Source of the DNA: Batkoa obscura
Lineage: Eukaryota
DNA length: 64,000 nt
Direction: 5' to 3'
Assembly: GCA_030770535.1 (NCBI GenBank)
Contig: JASVEC010000027.1
Coordinates: forward strand, 62,001-126,000
Shown here piece after piece: positions 23,422-36,999 of this stretch. Below the pieces are notes generated by a model. That model was not told where the DNA came from, did not search any database, and saw only the letters and a program-made list of their open reading frames with translations. Positions within the stretch are counted from its first letter, which is position 1. The number at the start of each line of letters is the position of its first letter. A program made the position numbers and the translations under genes.

Positions 23422-24817
23422 AATGGTCTGATTAAAATCATGGTTTAAAAATATTTTATAACTTAGCGCTAATATTAATATTTTATTAAGAACCAATTAT
23501 TGAATAAAGAGTCTGAAGTAGAAGGAAAGATAGATTATTAGACAATTAGTTGAATGCACAAAGGAAAAAAATAAGTAGAGACTTATGAGTTGAGTCTACT
23601 CAATATTTGGTGAGTATCTGAAGACAGAAATAAGTCATCAACGAAGGAAATGGAGGACCAATATAATAAGTTTACAAAGCAATAGGAATAGAAGTATTAG
23701 AACGTGATAAAGATCTGGATATGGTTCAATAGAAGCTCAAGAAGCGAAGGGAACAACAAGTTTAAGTAATTCAAAGATAGTGAAAAATATAGAAACAATA
23801 ACAGTAATGAAATAGATATCATAGGCAGCGTTATAATTTAGAAAATAAACTTTATTATATTTTTGTAGAATTATTATTAATACAATCGCAGCTTGTAAGT
23901 TTATGTTCAATTTTTGACTATTATTTACTCAGAACTCGTTTTAAAAAACTTAGCAACCATCATCCAAATACTGTAGAAAACCCTTTATAAACCAAACGCT
24001 ACATCAGCGATAATTAAACGTAAACTAGAATCTATAGTAATTAACAAAAAAATATTTACTTCTTTAAACATTAGCTGTTTTCGAATCTTATCTACAACGA
24101 ACACACTAAAAGAATAATCCAATCCATTATTCTCATTGGTTCTCCCATTTTTATTTATTTGAACATATTAAGAATGATTTTCTATAGATAATAAATCAGT
24201 TGAATATTTATATCAACACGACGAGGCTACATCCGAATAACAAAAATATATAACTAATATAATAGTTCAATAAGAGCCTATATAGACGAAATTACAGATG
24301 CTACAATAATACTAAGAATACTCAGCGGAAAAGCAGAGAATCCCTAGTTGTTAGGTGCAGCTGCCTTGACTTTTATGCTTATTTCTAGTCTGATCTGAGC
24401 CACTATTACCTTCTTTTTCAAGACTATCTCAAGGTCCATTAAGCCACTTTCTTAGTTTCTAGTTAAAGCTATAAAATACAAAATCAAATGAATTAAAAGT
24501 AGTTTCATATTAATAGTAAAACATTAGCGATAATGATATTAAAATATGAAATATCTTAACCTATCAACTTTTATTCTCATAGCGCCTAAAATGCGGATAA
24601 AAAAGTCATTTTGGCCCAAATTATCTCAATCGCGCCAATAGAATTTAAGCTTTGAGTTCAATTGAGGTGGAATAAAAAAATTATTCTAGCTAGGAGATGC
24701 AAAATGAGAGGGGGGAACTGCAAATTAAAGTGACATCAATCAGGTCATCTGAAAAAATAAATTATAAAAAGGAAAACGCAAGCGTTGAAAAAGTTATTTT
24801 TCTTTATATATTTTAAA

Positions 24818-25344
24818 ATGTCACCAGCAGAAAACCACTATTTAAACCGTATGCTACGCCATCAACACGGAGACCTTAAAGGTACCTATGGTACTGGAAA
24901 AAATTTGATAAAAGATCAGATGCTGATGGACTTAAGTTATCACCCTTGTTTAGGAAAAAATGAAGGGAAGCAGAACAAAGTGTATCACCAAGATTTTGTA
25001 ACACATATTACAGAAGATAAGGAAGAGACAAAGGTAACTGAAAAAAGTGAAAATAAAACAATTGAGAAGCTTAGTATTAAGGATGAGAAGGTTAAGTTGC
25101 CAGTTTATAGTAGCTATGGTTCGATCAATGAGAAGACGGAACCTACTTTAATCGAACAGGGCATGGGTAAGTATACTAGTTATATATTAGTCTGGTTTAT
25201 TTTTTAAACCTTTAACTTTTAGTTACCAGCCCAACTAAACCAAGCAGTGGCACCAAAAAGTTAGTATTTTTAGTTTTGGCAGGTTTGTTCTTCTTGAGCT
25301 CATTCTTTTATCTTTATTACTATTATAATTATTGTATGAAATGA
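24818..25344 (+). CDS. Small hypothetical tail-anchored membrane protein (intron 25167-25222)
   Basis: ATG 24818; G|GTAAGT...TTTAG| splice gives in-frame C-terminus VTSPTKPSSGTKKLVFLVLAGLFFLSSFFYLYYYYNYCMK*. Confidence 0.6.
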
Positions 25345-25387
25345 ATAAAGTGTTTTAAATACACTTATTTTGTTTATTTATTTTATT

Positions 25388-26623
25388 TTAACATTTTGGC
25401 GCAAAATCCAATTTATCAAACCTTGAGTGTAACTTACGATCTAGATCAGGAATAGTAGCTAGAGAGCATGAAGGATCTTCCATAGCGAATATAGTATTGA
25501 TATTATTACATACTTTAATTTCGAACCTATCATTGACAATATTGGATTGGAACAATTCCAACGAGTGATGGAAATACCCAAACAACCTTGGAGGTGCATG
25601 GGGAACTGGATCATTATAATTAACCATTCTGTAATAGGTTAAACCCAACTGATTCACATAGCTAGCATATTCCTTATTCCCTAGCCTTGGTTGACCAAAT
25701 GTGAATACTTTGATTCTTTCTTTTGGTAAATTCAATTTATAATAAGCTTTTACCGCACTCAAACCAGCGATTGCACCGCCCAAACTATGACCTGTAAAAA
25801 TCAAAGTATATCCTTGATCTTGTCTCAACAACTCCTGTAAACTTTGTACCATCGATTCGAACAAAGAGTTGGTCATAGTAAGGAAACCGTTGTGAACTTT
25901 TAAATTTCTCACTTTAAATAAATTATTATCAAAATCTAAAAAGTCATTCAAAACAATATTAATATCTTGAATCAAATTGATTTCCGTTTCTGTGCCTCGA
26001 AAACTTATTATAATTTCTTTTCTACCTTCATGGACCACAATTACACCTTTAGTTTGTAAGTCTGAATTACTTAAGACTTTATGAACCCTGTTTCCACTAC
26101 CTAGAGACTGACAGTATCGACATTGCCAATTGAATAATAGGTCGTCGTTACATTTTGCTATGCCTGCGTATTGTCCATAGTAGTTTATATTGTTCAGTAG
26201 GTCAGGTGCTACTAATTCATTAGCCACTTGTTCCTCTTTTGGTTGATTTGGATGTTCTATCATCTCAGTAAGAAATGGGGGTAGGTTTATTGTGTTGTTT
26301 GCTAACAACTCCTTCAGTACATTCATATCCAAGGTTTTAGTTTGATTTAATTTTTCTATGATATTGCTGTCAATAAGCTGCTTTATGAAATCATTTTCTT
26401 TGAGTTTGTCGACTATTTCAGTGTTTTTGATTTCTTCAACTATCCCACTATCTTTAATGTCTTTGATTATTTCACTGTTTTTGATGTCTTCTATAAACTT
26501 GTTGTGCTGAAGCCGGTCAATTATTTTTTCAGGATCGAATGAGTCACTGCTATTCACTACTCCATTGTTAAGGAAGAATGAAATGGTAATTAATAGAAAA
26601 AATAACATAGAGTTCAATAGCAT
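25388..26623 (-). CDS. Secreted class 3 lipase (alpha/beta hydrolase)
   Basis: Signal peptide; IIISFRGT, VHNGF, FTGHSLGGAIA nucleophile elbow, TFGQPRLGN, DPVPHAPP and a C-terminal His. Confidence 0.92.
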   Translation of the reverse strand: MLLNSMLFFLLITISFFLNNGVVNSSDSFDPEKIIDRLQHNKFIEDIKNSEIIKDIKDSGIVEEIKNTEIVDKLKENDFIKQLIDSNIIEKLNQTKTLDMNVLKELLANNTINLPPFLTEMIEHPNQPKEEQVANELVAPDLLNNINYYGQYAGIAKCNDDLLFNWQCRYCQSLGSGNRVHKVLSNSDLQTKGVIVVHEGRKEIIISFRGTETEINLIQDINIVLNDFLDFDNNLFKVRNLKVHNGFLTMTNSLFESMVQSLQELLRQDQGYTLIFTGHSLGGAIAGLSAVKAYYKLNLPKERIKVFTFGQPRLGNKEYASYVNQLGLTYYRMVNYNDPVPHAPPRLFGYFHHSLELFQSNIVNDRFEIKVCNNINTIFAMEDPSCSLATIPDLDRKLHSRFDKLDFAPKC

Positions 26624-27037
26624 TATTTATATTTATGTCAATATATTATATGTATATGATATATAAGAATAATAGAAAGTATTAATTGAAAGTTCAATAT
26701 TAAACCCTATTTACATAAATAATAGATTTTCAGTTATTTTATTTTACTAGCGAATATTGCTACTCTTTTTACTCATTTGTTTAATACCCATATGTTCTTT
26801 GTTTACAAGTTGATTTCATATAATAATAAAACTATCAGCATTTTCTTTTATAACGTTTTACTTTTTATTATGGACTCAAAAATAAACAGCAATTTAAAAT
26901 TAACCGTTAATTTATAACTTTAATTTAATGATTAAATGGACTAAATTTAAATTTAAATTTATTAAGTATTAGTAGTTAATTAATTAATGATATTTGCTAT
27001 ACAGGAGATTGAATTAAAATGGCTGTAGGATAGTAAA

Positions 27038-27271
27038 TTAAACTTCTTTAGCAATGAGAGGGGTTATAGACAATCTTAAAGTTTCCACTTTTTGGCCATC
27101 TTTTAGTATGAAGCCCTCCTCAATCATCCTATCAAACTCTTCCTTTTTAATTCCTTCAAGTTTACCACTTACTTCGACCCCAAGCTCCTCCTCAACTAAC
27201 TTTGTATTTCTTCCCATCAACTTGGCGCTCAGTCTCCGACATTTTTTTATATTATCAATTAGCATAGACAT
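27038..27271 (-). CDS. Small hypothetical protein (77 aa)
   Basis: GC-richer ORF in an AT-rich context with an ATG start; C-terminal EEFDRMIEEG...ETLRLSITP. Confidence 0.5.
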   Translation of the reverse strand: MSMLIDNIKKCRRLSAKLMGRNTKLVEEELGVEVSGKLEGIKKEEFDRMIEEGFILKDGQKVETLRLSITPLIAKEV

Positions 27272-27957
27272 TATTAAAATAAATTAGTATTTTTTTTATG
27301 ATTTAAAAGTGGATGTATGCTTTTTATATTCGTTTTTAAGGATTTAATTTAATTTTTGAAGGTGAAGGGAGTTCCCTATTTAAATTTTAATAGATGTCTT
27401 TTATTCTTATTTTTGATCATTTTCACCATTATTTAGTTTAATTATAGCTGCTAAAAATCTCAATGCAGCTTGTTACCCTTTTCATTTACTTAAATAAATT
27501 AGTAATCATTGTTTAACTATTGTTATTGAGTATTATAAACAACATAATTGATTTTATTCCATATAATCGGATACTTTTGTTTTTACTTTTTTACAAAACT
27601 CTCTAATAAGATCAAAATTAATTAATTCCATTTAATTTATTAACTCATAATAAAACTCATAGGAATCAAATATCAATAAAGTCAAAATAGTGAATTTACT
27701 TTTCTATTTATTGACTTGCATTACTAATAAAATTAAAATTAAAATATTAATGTTTATATGAAAAATGGGTGAAATAAATATTAACAGAATACTTTGTTTA
27801 TTTTGACTTAATAGCTAAATTATATTAAATTTAAAACCTTTTAATTTTTGGATGGTTCGAATTTAATTTGGTTTTACATTAGTTATAATTTAAAATAAAC
27901 CCCATTTTTTGTGCTTTATTTCTTATAATTTTAGCTATTATTTCATACTAATAAAAA

Positions 27958-28024
27958 CATCTCATTTAGTCCATTTTACATAAAAGCATCTCATTTAGTC
28001 CATTTTACATAAAAGCATCTCATT
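27958..28024. repeat. 29-bp tandem repeat x2.3
   Basis: CATCTCATTTAGTCCATTTTACATAAAAG repeated. Confidence 0.9.
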
Positions 28025-28067
28025 ATTTCACTTTTTTTAATATATAAAAATGTCTTGTTTATTTTTG

Positions 28068-29828
28068 TTAAAAATTTAACTTAATAGTAGGGGATTCTGG
28101 TAACGAATTATCTAAAGGAAGGGGAGGTTGATCATGATTGAGATGAAAAGAGTGAACAATAGTAGGTTTACTTTTACCTAAAAATAATACCCTTTTGACA
28201 CTGTTTTTAACTTCTTTTTCATCAAAACTATCTATTGAATCGTTGAGTTCTGCTTCATTGTTAGTATGATTGTTGTGGTTGTAATTATTATTAATATTCT
28301 CTATCTTATTTTGTGTTATTTGGAATACTGTTTTTGGTTGACTTTCTTCGTAGTACTTTAAATAGTGCTCATACACTTTTTTGCCAAAATAGTCTCTTAC
28401 TTTTAAATTGAATATTAAACTTATGATGCATACAGTAAGTGTTACGCTAACTATTAAAATATTTAAAGAGATTATTAGTAGAATAAAAATCAACTTACGT
28501 AAATAAATGGTAGGAAATAAATAACTACGATACAATGGCGGTAAACTTCCAGTAATATTTAATTTGATATTTAACCCATTTAACTCTTTTTTGATATTTA
28601 TAATACTTGTTAATGGATTTAAAAATGGGTTGATATAGCTTTGTTCAGATAGTGGGACAGGCAACGGCTCAAAATCCTTATTTAGAATAGGAGTTACATT
28701 TAAAGAAAAAGATTGAAACATTAGGATCAATGACAACAATATAAATGTCATTAGATATAAGATATACCCTACTATCATCTTTTTGTTTTCATTATAAATC
28801 TAGATGAAAAGGTAATTAATATGTTGCTATTATACTAATATTGGTACTATTATTACCGAATAGAACCCAATTAAAGTAAATGCCAAACATAAATCAATGC
28901 TGATGGCTAATATAGCAATGACATCTGGTAATGAACGATACCAAAATAAAGTAGATATTTGAAAGCAAGTGATTAAAATTAATCCTGCACTCAATTTGTG
29001 TAACAATATTGTACAATCATACCATTTTATCATGACTAAAGTAATTAATTTTATAGTCAAAACATATAACAATATTAAGTTTACTATTCGTTTTAAAATC
29101 ATTCATAGATAAGTTGTGATTATTATACCATCTTGGATCTATATTGGCCAAAAATAACAGTGTCAATAGACAGGGGACGTAACATACATTTAAGATCAAA
29201 AATAAAATATCAATATAAATAAACAGTCGATAACATGTTATATTCATATTGGTTAAATGCTAATTGAAATTAAGATTAGTTCAATAATGTAACAACAAAG
29301 ATTATTCTTGAGTTACTTCATATCCTCTATTCAGTTTTAATATAATATAACCATTGATAACAAAATCAAGGATTAGACTACTAAAAAGTTGTAAGTTTAA
29401 TTTTTTTATACACTAAATAAATAAAACACTAAATAAGTAATTTGAATAAAATACAATAGTAAGTTTACCCCATCCCAGATCAAAAACAGCTGAAACGAGA
29501 ACAAAAAAAATAATTGTAAGTGAAAAAAATATTGAAAGTTATAATTTGCAATATTTGTATCATAATTGTTATCATTAATGTAGAGATAAATGCCTAGTAT
29601 CAAGTTAGTTAATCCTAATAGTACATATCGTATTATATTCAAGATCAATATCCTTTGTCCTTGTTTATTATTTGGTATCTATAATCAATTTATTAAATAA
29701 AAATATTATAGCATATGTTGTCTTACCATCCAATAAAACCTAGGCCTTGATTCATCTAGGATAAAGTTGGACATTAAAGTGGCTGTGGAATTGGAATCCA
29801 GAGCATGTAGATAAGGATGTTGCAGCAT
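28068..29828 (-). CDS. Multi-exon, multi-pass membrane protein of unknown family
   Basis: Series of hydrophobic ORF pieces (29406-29648, 29017-29247, 28830-29102, 28068-28778), and a first exon MLQHPYLHALDSNSTATLMSNFILDESRPRFYWM|GTAAG; exact splicing not resolved. Confidence 0.5.
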
Positions 29829-31037
29829 TAAAACTAAGATTTATACACTATTTTAAAAAAATGAAATTAAAGAGAACTTTGATTGCTTTTATGTCAAATT
29901 TACTTCTTTTTTATGGTTGGATTTAGCTGCTTTTTTCACATTGCTTTTTAACTTTGTTATAACGGTTTATTTATATTTTCATTTTGACTTTCGACTATTT
30001 TTTCTCACCTAAGTTGTATTTCAAATTTCACCATTATCAGATAAAAAAATAGTATAAATAAACTTCTGACATAAAGAATAAACTATGATGAAATAATAAC
30101 ATATGAAATAACACTAATGTTATCAAATAAATACTAATATGGTATCTTTTGTCTAAACATAAAAATAATATTGATTTGTAACTAAACTTTATGTTGCCTT
30201 AAAGTGCCATTTTTCAACGGCCTTTTAAAAGTTTGTAAAGTTTTCAACTATACTAAATTTATTATTGATGAAGTAAATAGATATAGTATTATAATAATCT
30301 TTATTTAACAATATCTTTAAATTAGCATTTCTTTTTTAACGGAAATTATATGTACTCTGACATGCCTGAAGTATAGGCTTCGTATATTTTATTTATTTTC
30401 TTAAATGGGGAGAGTTTTGGCACTTAAATTTGTGATAGAATGGCTTGTAGGCCTTTTTTGATAAGTGAAAAAAACCCAAAAGGATTTTATTTATATTGCT
30501 TGAGACAAATAAACAGTTATATTGATATTTATGTAAATACTAAACAATCACTTATAATGATAATAAACTTAAATTATCCTAAATTTCTTAAAGATAGTTG
30601 TTCAACTTTAACCTAAATTCTTAATTCAACACTATAATATGAGGCAGCTTTTTTTTGACCCGAAAGTAAAAAAACCTAGGTACTTAAAATTGTAGTGGCT
30701 TTTTAAAAGACGGATCAAAATTTGAGTTTTAATCTAAACTTAAAAAAATACAAATCCCAGCATAGAGCTGCTATAGCTTTATTGTGAACTTATTAAGAGT
30801 TCATTCAAAAATAATTATCTGCTAAAATTAGGATAAAAGCTTTTTAATAGGCTTATGAGAGAAAAGCAAATAGCTAGCTCTAAAAATTGCCGCAAATTAT
30901 ATTACAATAGAGCTACAATACTAAAATAAGTTCTTATAATTTTCTAAAAAAAAGGAATTAAACCAAGAACCCATAATAATTCATAAACCAAAATTTAATA
31001 ATCATGAAGAGAATCAGCGACTTTTTAAACTTACAAA

Positions 31038-33302
31038 ATGCCAAGTTTATTTAATAAGGATAGCTTACCAGCTAGTGAGAACGAAATAGATTTTAGTGAT
31101 TTGGAAAGGGAATATGCCTTAGAATTTGAGAACAACTTTGACAACTTGATCGTAGTGGATGGATTACCAAAAGTAGACGAAAGCAAATATGACAAACTTA
31201 TAACAGTTGTTCAAAAGATCTTTAAAAAATATGGCACTTTGGTTCAAGATAATATTGTTATGCCAATGTCCGAAAAAGATGGTAAAAACACCTCTGAAGG
31301 GTAAACATATTTTATGTTTTTTAGTTGTTATATTAAACCATTTTTTAGCTTCCTTTTCTTAGAGTTTGAAAACGCTGAACAAGCAGCACTTGCCATCAAA
31401 CATGTTAACGGTTACCCTTTTGATAAAAAACATACCCTAACTGTAAATAAATTCACCGATGTAGAAACCTATAGCGCTTTAAGTAATGACTACACTGAGC
31501 CAGAACTTGAAGAATATGTTGAAAAAGAACATTTATTAAGCCATCTTTCAGATAGTCTTGCAAGAGATCAATTTGTTACCTTAATTGGTGACAGCACATC
31601 TATTGTATGGAACAATCGTACAGAAGCTCCAGAATCTTTATTCAGTCGTAAATTATGGACTGAAACTTATACTCAATGGTCCCCACAAGGTACCTATTTA
31701 TGTAGTCTGCATCCTCAAGGTGTAGCTCTTTGGGGAGGTGCTAGTTGGAACAAAATTGTACGCTTCGTACATCCAGGTGTCAAATTAATTGATTTTTCAC
31801 CAAGTGAACGCTATATTGTTACTTGGTCCAATGACCCTATAGTGGCTGGTTCAGGCGCTGCTCCAGGTGCTACTTCTCCTTTTGGTGAAGAAAATGAAGG
31901 CCATCAAATCTGTATATGGGATGTTAAGACTGGTGTGCTTCTAAGATCTTTCCCTAACACCCAACAAACTGTCCCTGATAGCGACTCCCCTACCAAGATT
32001 ACTTGGCCTGTATTCAAATGGTCTCCTAATGATGTTTACTTTGCACGTGTTGTACCTGGTCAAATGCTCTCAATTTATTCTGCTCCAGATATGGGCTTAG
32101 TAGATAAAAAATCCCTTAAAGTTGAAGGTATTGTTGATTTTGAGTGGGCACCAGCACATAAAAAGATAGACAAGAGAGGAGAAAGTAAGACTAAGGAAGG
32201 AGATGATATGCTTGCCTATTGGACCCCAGAGTTGGCCAACACACCAGCAAGAGTAACGTTAATCTCTGTACCATCTAAAGAGATTTTAAGAACTAAGAAT
32301 CTTTTCAATGTAAGCGACTGTAAACTCCACTGGCATAAGAATGGTGAGCTTTTAGCAGTAAGAGTAAACCGATTTACTAAGTCTAAGAAATCAACCTTTT
32401 CAAATGTTGAAATCTTCAGAGTTAGAGAAAAGGATATCCCAGTTGAAGTTATTGAGATTAAAGACACTATCTTACAATTCGCTTGGGAGCCATCTAATAA
32501 CCAACGTTTCGGTTTCATTGCCACTGCCGATGCACCACCAACTGCTCCTACCGCTGCTGGTATGGCTCCACCTACTCCAAAAACAAATGTCAGCTTTTAT
32601 GGCCGTGAAATTAAAAAGGGAAGCAAAAATACAGTATCAAAGGATGAGTTTAAATTGATTACTACCCTTGATAAAAAGACTGTAAACAGTTTAGTATGGT
32701 CACCAAAAGGACGTCATTTCGTCCTTGCTACCCTTCGTTCCAAGACAATGAGTAGTATTGAGTTCTGGGATATTGACTTTGAACTTGAAAGCAAAAAGGA
32801 CAGTAGCTCCAACTTGCATATGATCGGTTCCCCTGAACATTATGGACTTACCGATATCGAATGGGATCCTACTGGTCGTTATGTTATTACCAGTTCTTCA
32901 ATCTGGCATCATGAAATAGAGAATGGTTTCTGCATCTGGGACTTTAAGGGCACTCCATTATATAAGAAACCAATCGAAAACTTCAAACAGATTTTATGGC
33001 GCCCAAGACCTAAGTCTTTGTTATCTATGGAACAAAAGCGTAAGGTACGTAAGAACCTCAACACCTACTCCAAACAATTTGATGAAGAGGATGCTATGTC
33101 CCGCAACGCTATTTCAGCTGCCGAACTTGCTCATCGCAAACGTCTTAATGATGAATGGAAGGCATGGCGTAGTATCATCGAAAAACAACTTGCCGATAAG
33201 AGGATGGATAGCTCTCCAACTCAACTTGATGATAAAGAAGAAGAGATTGAGGAATGGGTTGAAGAGGTTGTTGAAGAATTTGAAGAGGTTGTTGAGGAAT
33301 AG
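31038..33302 (+). CDS. PRT1: Eukaryotic translation initiation factor 3 subunit B (intron 31301-31348)
   Basis: RRM (IVVDGLPKV...FLFLEF...GYPFDKKH), WTETYTQWSPQGTYL, WD-propeller motifs, WDPTGRYV, WRPRP and an acidic tail. Confidence 0.95.
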
Positions 33303-33913
33303 AGGCTTTGAAAATCATATTGACTTATTAATAAAAGACAGTAATTATTTTCATTCAAAATATATTATCTTTTAAAATTGTTGCCAACTTTTATTGATTC
33401 TAGTTTTTTTGTTGTAATTAACCTACACAAAAATTTTATTTCTAAAAATATAAAGCTTTATAAAGTATAAAAATTAAAAAGATGTGCTTATAAGTTAAAT
33501 TAAAATTAAAATCGATATTATGAATATTAATTTGTACATAAAAATTATTTAAAAAAAATTCTCCAATAAATATAATTTTCATGATAAAGTGTTAAATTTT
33601 GTGTGCGATTGAGTTAGTGCATTCAATGCTCTATTTCATGACTTAGTGACTTTATACTATTTACTGATTTGAACTAAATTTAATAATACAAGAAAGACGA
33701 AATTTAAATAACTTATTTTTTAAAAAATAATATAAATAAATTTAATTCCTAATACTCTAATAATAATCTCTACGACTTTTTTCTTACATAACACTCAGTT
33801 TAAGCCAATAAACTATCAACCATTACCACTTGTGTAAAAAAGGAAAGTGAGCTTTCAAAAATCTGGCTAGCAATTTCAAAAACTTATCTTTTGATAAAAT
33901 TCAAGTTATCAGG

Positions 33914-36900
33914 ATGGAAAGTAAAAGAGACAAAGGGGACAAAAGGAATAAGGAGAACATATCGAGTACAAATTCACCTATAAATGGAGCCCAAATTGAT
34001 CTAACAAATGTTGAATATATAGGAGGAACCAATGAAGTAGAAAAGGGAAATAATAATATATATCTAAAATATAGCAATTATATGAAAAATTATGTATCCA
34101 AAGATAGGCCTGAGTTTGAGCAAGTCACTGAGGATCAGCTACAAGAAATATTTAATAAGGTTTATACGGAGGTAAGTATAGAAAATTGATTATTTTACAA
34201 AACGTTCTTATTTTAAATTTTAGATTTTGGAACAAAAAAAAGAGTTTTGGGAAATAATTTTAAAATTGACAGATGAAGAAATTTTTATTGCAAGTGACTT
34301 CGAGGTTTCTGCTAAAAAAGACATTAGAGAATCATATCAACAAAGCACACCTACTTTGGTAAATAATGAATCTATGATATCCCCTTCGACAAATTTGGAT
34401 GGAACAAATAATAAAAATAGGTACAAGGACCAAGCCAATACTGACGAAACACAAAATGATAGTAAAATTTATTCAAACAGAAAGGTTTTTAAGTTTATTT
34501 TTAGATCAAGCAATTGACCTTTCACAAATAACGGTAATTAATTTATTTCAATCCCATTCTACTATCAATTTGAATTTCATATAATAAACTAACTATAAAT
34601 AGCCCAAAAAAAAGCAGACCGCAGGAAATCTATCAAGAACAGCGTTGATAAATCTACAAGAAGCAGAGATCGATACTTATTCTCAATCTGCGATACGTGC
34701 TATGGTATATTTTTATTCATATTCGTTTGATTTGCTAAAAATATAGCTTGATAAAATTGATTACTTATTCTATTTTAGCTTTCCGCTGCATTAACCCACC
34801 TTTCTACTGTTGAAACTGAAGCAAAGCTTGATCGAGCTACATTTAATAAAGAGGTAGTTAACAAGTTCTGGATTAGACAAACATGCATACTAATTTATTT
34901 TTTATAGAAAGTCATAAAAGATAATATCATTGAAGATCTTAAAGCTGAAGTTGCGGGCTGTAAGCTTCTGTTACGATCAGTAAGAAATTTTAATCATTGT
35001 GTCTACATTTTAATAGTTTTAGTACCAAGAAGGTATTGAACTTAGAAATATTGAAGAAAAACTAAGGATGAAAGAAGTAGAAGTGCTTCAAAGGAAATAT
35101 ACTGAATGTTTATATGAACTTAATAATTATAAGCTTTTAAATCAGAATTTCTCTCCTATAGTTAATACAAATTTACAGAATAATCAATCAGATCAAGCTC
35201 CCCAAGAACCACAGTCTACTCAGTTTCATAAAGGAGTCCATGCTGAATCCCATAACGAAAGATATGAACCTGTAGAATCAGTACCACAATATCAAAATCA
35301 AGATGAAGTAGACAACAATTTTAATCCGAACCAAACCTTTCCTGGATTGGTAAATTAGTTTATTTGTGACGTTGATAATTTATTTAACTAATTTCAAGAA
35401 TGAAAATAAGTCTATAAATATGGACGAAACCTTTACTTCAACAAGGAGCGTTCAGTTTAATATACCTCCAAGGCAAATAAGCTCGATTTCTAATACACAC
35501 ACTACACCATTAGATAGTAAGACGAAGAGTAAAAACAAAGGATGTGTTCAACTACAACCAACGTCATCGACACGCGTTCAAAAAAGCCCGCCAAATCGTT
35601 TAAAGACTAGGTCTCGACGTAAAACAAACGACCTTGATTTAAGCTTAAGCGAAATTGAAGATTTTGTTGAGGAAAATCCACCCATTCGTATAAGTGGTTT
35701 CCATAGTGTAGGATTTATAAACCGTTTAAATTCTTTTGCTAATTTTTTTAGGGCAATAGCCATAAGGAGACACCAGCATCCCACAAAGAAGTTATTAATC
35801 CTACTAGGCATATTTCACTCTTGAAAAGTTATGGACAAAAAGAAAGTCAAACTTCAACTCATAATCAAAGGCGACTTCAATCTCAAATCAAAAATCAAAA
35901 TCATCCTCAGCCTCGTTCCCAATTTAATAGAAATGACCATGAAATAGAGGGTCAGGATTTACGTTATAATCACAGATCCATAAACAATGATTATGAGCTT
36001 ATGGTTAATAAAACAAATCAACAAAGGGATTATGCTCATTCATTAACAAGACATAAGACAGTAAATTATACAACAACCTCAAACAATATTCAAGCTGGAA
36101 TGGCACTAACTCAACACTCAGCTACAGTCAGTCAGTACGATCCTGGTATGCATAAACATGTAGAAGATAATTCACATACTGAGCAGCAAATGTATATGGA
36201 TCTACATACGGAACATTCACAAAATCGATTTAGAGCCTTGAAGCCGAAACCTTATTATAGTAGCGCAAAAGCAGTCAGAATGGATGTTAGGCGCCCTGAA
36301 TTAACTCACCATCGTCCTCCTTACTTAGACTGTATTATTTTTTATTTTATTATTCAATTTCATGCCCTAATATTTAATATAGTAGCTGAGCCAGTAATAC
36401 CACAAACACAAAAGAGAAGTCAAAATGCTTCAGTTGGTGCCTATTTCGATCCTAATAAAAGGGTGGCGATGGTTCATCCAGGGGTAGAGCTAGGGACAGC
36501 CTATAGATCAGAAAAAGATATACAAGGAGATCCGAAATTTACTAACTTTCAAGGGCCTGTAACCCATCAGAACCACATAGGTTACGGTTCAAATTCAGAA
36601 GTGATAATTACTCGCCCGAATCATCAGCCAGTAGCTATGAATCCAAGTCATCAACTAACGAATATACGTCTAAGTCACCAGCCGATACCTACAAATTCAA
36701 ACCAACAACCAATGAATACTCGCCCTAACCACCAGCCACTGCCCCCGAGTCAAAATAACGAGGCAACTAGAAATCAGGCTCCAGCTGCTGAAATAGAGTC
36801 AAAAGATACTTTTGTTCCAGAAGAAGCAAGTGCAGGTAAACAGAAGCAAAAGGAGGGATCCAATGAGGGTAAAAAAGCTAAAAAGAATAGGGTGATATCA

Positions 36901-36999
36901 TTCAAGAAACAACGCGAGAAACAAAACGGTAAGGAAAAAGAGAATGAAAGAATTAATGACACGTTGTTTGCCTCGGGGAAAAAAGGCATTAAGAAATAA
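33914..36999 (+). CDS. Multi-exon hypothetical protein, coiled-coil plus low-complexity N/Q/P-rich region
   Basis: Consecutive + strand ORF segments joined by GT-AG introns (e.g. 34172-34222); HQP-containing repeats near the C-terminus; exon boundaries and 3' end uncertain. Confidence 0.5.

Noticed and set aside
23500..24460. Purine-biased, stop-riddled segments resembling retroelement remnants
   Set aside because: No convincing RT, gag or integrase motif; too degenerate to call.
27958..28024. 29-bp repeats considered as a CRISPR-like array
   Set aside because: Head-to-tail with no spacers, in a eukaryotic context.
30770..30920. Short imperfect inverted repeat upstream of eIF3b
   Set aside because: Arms of only ~19 bp with mismatches in AT-rich DNA; could be chance.
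32216..33375. Alternative-frame/antisense ORFs inside eIF3b (also within the chitin synthase, MOSC and TOK genes)
   Set aside because: Shadow ORFs of real genes with no independent coding signal.
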